A stretch of 64,000 bases of DNA. Source: an uncultured Chromatiaceae bacterium. Lineage in GTDB: Bacteria > Pseudomonadota > Gammaproteobacteria > Steroidobacterales > GCA-2729495. The first letter of the stretch is position 1. Each line of letters begins with the position of its first letter. The notes beneath the pieces were generated by a model that worked only from the letters and a program-made list of their open reading frames with translations, had not been told where the DNA came from and searched no databases. Below, in pieces: positions 60,898 to 64,000 of the stretch. Made by a program: the position numbers and the translations under genes. Where the stretch lies: the NCBI GenBank assembly GCA_964629475.1, contig CAZVQW010000015.1, forward strand, positions 7,248 to 71,247. Direction: 5' to 3'.

Positions 60898-61761
60898 ATG
60901 AGCTGGTTCGAAAAATTAATGCCGTCGCGGATCAAGACGGAAGGCCGAACGCGTTCCGTTCCCGAAGGTATCTGGCTTAAGTGCAACCAATGCGGGGCAC
61001 AGCTTTACCGTGCCGAGGTGGAGCGAAATCTGTATGTCTGTCCAAAATGCGATCACCACATGCGCGTCATTGCGCGTGATCGGCTGGAAATGTTCCTCGA
61101 TCCAAATAGCGGGCGGGAAATCGGTGCACGTCTTGAGCCGACTGATCCGCTGAAGTTCAAGGACAGCAAGCGTTACCGTGATCGTGTGAGCCAGTCGCAA
61201 AAGAACACTGGAGAGAAAGACGCCCTGATTGCCATGACCGGCAAGCTCAAGGGACAACCGGTGGTTGCATGTGCCTTCGAATTCAGTTTCATGGGCGGTT
61301 CGATGGGCTCGGTGGTCGGTGAAAAGTTTGCGCGCGCCGCGCGCTATGGGCGCGAAAATCGCATGCCGTTGATTTGTTTTTCAGCGAGTGGAGGAGCGCG
61401 CATGCAAGAAGCGCTGTTCTCATTGATGCAGATGGCCAAGACCAGCGTCGCGCTGGCGCAACTCTCTGAGGCGGGCATCCCGTTCATCTCGATCCTGACG
61501 GACCCGACAACCGGTGGAGTATCAGCCAGCCTTGCCATGCTCGGCGACATCAATATCGGCGAGCCGAATGCGCTGATCGGTTTCGCCGGCCCGCGTGTGA
61601 TCGAGCAGACGGTCGGCGAAAAGTTGCCTGAAGGTTTTCAGCGCAGCGAGTTTTTGCTCGAACACGGTGCCCTGGACATGATTATCGATCGCCGCCAGAT
61701 GCGCGACGAGGTCGCCGAATTGCTGGCCAAGCTTATGAAGCAGCCGCGTCCGGCCGATTAA
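60898..61761 (+). CDS. accD: Acetyl-CoA carboxylase carboxyltransferase beta subunit
   Basis: N-terminal zinc ribbon [26 protein letters not shown] and the carboxyltransferase domain. Confidence 0.95.
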   Translation: MSWFEKLMPSRIKTEGRTRSVPEGIWLKCNQCGAQLYRAEVERNLYVCPKCDHHMRVIARDRLEMFLDPNSGREIGARLEPTDPLKFKDSKRYRDRVSQSQKNTGEKDALIAMTGKLKGQPVVACAFEFSFMGGSMGSVVGEKFARAARYGRENRMPLICFSASGGARMQEALFSLMQMAKTSVALAQLSEAGIPFISILTDPTTGGVSASLAMLGDINIGEPNALIGFAGPRVIEQTVGEKLPEGFQRSEFLLEHGALDMIIDRRQMRDEVAELLAKLMKQPRPAD

Positions 61762-61796
61762 CACGATTTATCCCTGATCCGCACGATCGCTGCGTG

Positions 61797-63059
61797 ATGC
61801 AAAGATCCTTGTCCGAATGGTTAACCTGGCAGGAGGCGCTGAATCCGCATGAAATCGATCTCGGGCTCGAGCGTGTCCGCCGCGTCGTTGAACGCCTGGC
61901 GCTTACCAGGCCCGCGACTGCAGTGTTTGCCGTCGGTGGTACGAACGGCAAGGGATCGACCGTTGGTTTTATCGAACGCTTGTGTGCAGCAAATGGTCTC
62001 AGTACGGCTGCCTACACATCACCACACCTGGTCCGCTATAACGAACGCATGCGTCTCAACGGTAATGAGGTTAGCGATGCATGGTTAATCGAACAATTCG
62101 AGGCTGTTGATGAGGCACGCGGCGACACGCCACTGACTTTTTTCGAATTCGGCACGCTCGCTGCCCTGCATGGATTTTCCCGGTCCCGGGTCGATACCTG
62201 GATTCTGGAAATCGGGCTCGGCGGTCGACTCGATGCCGTCAACGTCATCGATCCCGATATCAGCGTCGTCACGACGATTGCGCTGGAACATCAGGAATGG
62301 CTCGGCGATACGATCGACCTGATCGCAGCCGAGAAGGGCGGAATCCTGCGGCAGGGGTGCCCGGCATTTTATGGCGATGAGCCGGTACCGGATGGATTAA
62401 GGCAGACAGCGAAAGCGATCGGTGCTCATTTGTCGTGCTGCGGCGTCGAGTTCGAATATACGGTGGACAGTGGCAATACGTGGAGTTGGCGGGGGGCCAC
62501 GACGGCGCTCGATGCACTCTCGCAACCCGGGATGGTTGATTCGGCACAGATGCGAAATGTCAGCCTGGCGATGGCGGCGGTTGAGGCGTGCGGCCCGGAT
62601 TTGCTGAACCGGGCTGCAGTTGAACAGGCACTGGCTGCCCCTCGACCACCGGGCCGATTTCAGGTCATCGATCGTGATCGACAGTGGATCGTCGATGTTG
62701 CGCATAATCCGCAAGCGGCCGGTGTCTTGCGCCGTCGACTGCTGGATCTTGGCGATGACCGTCCGCTGACGGTGGTGATCGGCCTGTTGGCCGACAAGCA
62801 GGTCGATGGCTTCGTGATGGAGTTGGCTGATCTCGCCACTCGATGGCTGGTTTGTTCTGCCGATGTTGCGCGGGGTTGTGATGCGGAAGAACTTGCCGAG
62901 GCGATCAAACTTGCGGGAGGGCAAGATGTGACGGCAGCAGGAACGCCGGAGCAGGCATTCGATGCAGCGTGGAAGATAAGTCAGCCTGGCGAGCGGATAC
63001 TCGTGACCGGTTCATTTTACATCGCCGGTCCCGCGTTAAGTTGGCTTGGTTTATACTGA
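61797..63059 (+). CDS. folC: Bifunctional folylpolyglutamate synthase/dihydrofolate synthase
   Basis: P-loop GTNGKGST and Mur-ligase architecture. Follows accD. ATG 61797 is the second codon of the track ORF. Confidence 0.9.
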   Translation: MQRSLSEWLTWQEALNPHEIDLGLERVRRVVERLALTRPATAVFAVGGTNGKGSTVGFIERLCAANGLSTAAYTSPHLVRYNERMRLNGNEVSDAWLIEQFEAVDEARGDTPLTFFEFGTLAALHGFSRSRVDTWILEIGLGGRLDAVNVIDPDISVVTTIALEHQEWLGDTIDLIAAEKGGILRQGCPAFYGDEPVPDGLRQTAKAIGAHLSCCGVEFEYTVDSGNTWSWRGATTALDALSQPGMVDSAQMRNVSLAMAAVEACGPDLLNRAAVEQALAAPRPPGRFQVIDRDRQWIVDVAHNPQAAGVLRRRLLDLGDDRPLTVVIGLLADKQVDGFVMELADLATRWLVCSADVARGCDAEELAEAIKLAGGQDVTAAGTPEQAFDAAWKISQPGERILVTGSFYIAGPALSWLGLY

Positions 63060-63082
63060 GCGATTGGGGGAGAAGGGACCAG

Positions 63083-63781
63083 ATGGACCGGCAATTGTTG
63101 GAAAGATTGATCGGCGCGGGCGTGCTTGTTGTGGCCCTTGTCGTCGTGGTGCCTGCGATTCTTGACGGTGATCCTGATCAAGTCCCTGAAAAGCTCTCTG
63201 GCGACGAAGCAGACCATAAGCCTGATGTGCCGGTCGTGACGAATGAACCCCGTCGTACGCACACGATTCGACTCGACACATCGACAGCAACACCGCCGGT
63301 TGCGCGCGAAATCACAGAATCGGTGCCCGACGCTTTGCCGGAAGAAGCGAAGCCTCCGGCTGGGCCTGAAGAAGTGAAGCCTTCGGCTGGGCCTGAAGTT
63401 GTGAAATCATCGACAGGAGCCGCTTCTGAACCTGCGACCGTAGTCAGTCAGCAGCCGGTAAAGCCGGCAACAGAAAAACCAGTTGTCGTAGCCAAGGCGA
63501 AACCGCCAAGTGCGCCTGCCCCGCGCCAGGTCAAACCTGTATCGACACCGAAATCGGGTTGGGTTGTACAACTGGGTAGTTTTTCAAGCCGGCAGAATGC
63601 CCAGCGACTTGCTGACGAGGTCAGCGGACATGGTTTTTCGGTATTCCTGATGCCGCTGGATCGTTCCGGCAAGACGCTGTACCGGGTTCGGGTCGGACCG
63701 CGTGAGTCGCGTGCACAGGCTGCAGAATTGGCCGGGCGCCTGACGAAGGCTGGCTATTCCGGCCAGGTGACCCAACAGTAG
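63083..63781 (+). CDS. dedD: SPOR-domain cell-division protein (DedD-like)
   Basis: N-terminal TM (LIGAGVLVVALVVVVPAIL), a Pro/Lys-rich linker and a C-terminal SPOR domain (GWVVQLGSFSSRQNAQRLADEV...YRVRVGP). Sits in the folC-dedD-cvpA order. Confidence 0.75.
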   Translation: MDRQLLERLIGAGVLVVALVVVVPAILDGDPDQVPEKLSGDEADHKPDVPVVTNEPRRTHTIRLDTSTATPPVAREITESVPDALPEEAKPPAGPEEVKPSAGPEVVKSSTGAASEPATVVSQQPVKPATEKPVVVAKAKPPSAPAPRQVKPVSTPKSGWVVQLGSFSSRQNAQRLADEVSGHGFSVFLMPLDRSGKTLYRVRVGPRESRAQAAELAGRLTKAGYSGQVTQQ

Positions 63782-63801
63782 CCTGATGCCCGGGAGAGAT
63801 C

Positions 63802-64000
63802 ATGGTTGTCATTGATTACCTGCTAATTGCTGTTTTTGCGTTATCGGCGCTGATGGGCCTGTTCCGGGGGTTCGTCAAGGAAGCTTTGTCGCTGGTTGGG
63901 TGGATTGTGGCGGTTTGGTGTGCATGGCGATTCGGTGCAGCTGTCGCTGAATGGATTCCGAGCGTCGCCGACGACAGCATAATCGAGACCTGGGTCGCTC
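63802..64000 (+). CDS. cvpA: Colicin V production protein CvpA, N-terminal part (runs off the window)
   Basis: My translation is MVVIDYLLIAVFALSALMGLFRGFVKEALSLVGWIVAVWCAW..., closely similar to E. coli CvpA (MVWIDYAIIAV...IRGFVREALSLV). GGAG lies 5 nt upstream. It is not in the ORF track because no stop is reached. Confidence 0.85.
   Translation, partial: MVVIDYLLIAVFALSALMGLFRGFVKEALSLVGWIVAVWCAWRFGAAVAEWIPSVADDSIIETWVA

Overview
The window looks like a GC-rich gammaproteobacterial chromosome segment. The basis is Pseudomonas/Marinobacter-like gene order: asd-fimV-truA-accD-folC-dedD-cvpA, nrdR-ribD-ribE-ribBA-ribH-nusB-thiL-pgpA, parE-parC, and epmB/efp/epmA-psd. About two thirds is ordinary housekeeping DNA, including purL, glyA, ettA, aroC and one tRNA-Ser(CGA). 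I recognised no rRNA, CRISPR array, transposase, integrase, phage gene or known defence system.

The accessory or unusual parts are:
1. An overlapping TonB-dependent receptor / YfiR-like (DUF4154) / hybrid histidine kinase / REC-PAS-GGDEF-EAL operon at 1.3-9.0 kb.
2. feoA-feoB plus a 59-aa FeoB-associated Cys-rich ORF that is missing from the ORF track, with a Fur box upstream.
3. An orphan TagH-type FHA protein with no type VI secretion genes nearby.
4. An ECF sigma / DUF3619 / small secreted protein / DUF3106 / lipoprotein cluster.
5. A 2.4-kb AT-rich-flanked single-gene cassette. It is bounded by a 28-bp direct repeat that duplicates the 3' end of an oxidoreductase gene.
6. A Ser/Thr kinase fused to a cNMP-binding domain.
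7. A second, apparently frameshifted FimV-like gene next to a FimX-like degenerate GGDEF-EAL protein.
8. A 620-bp non-coding region with a spaced TTATGT motif array and two adjacent, near-perfect 30-32-bp-arm hairpins of one family.

Items 5 and 8 are the least explained signals. All functional calls come from motif recognition by eye in the supplied translations, and nothing was searched against a database.
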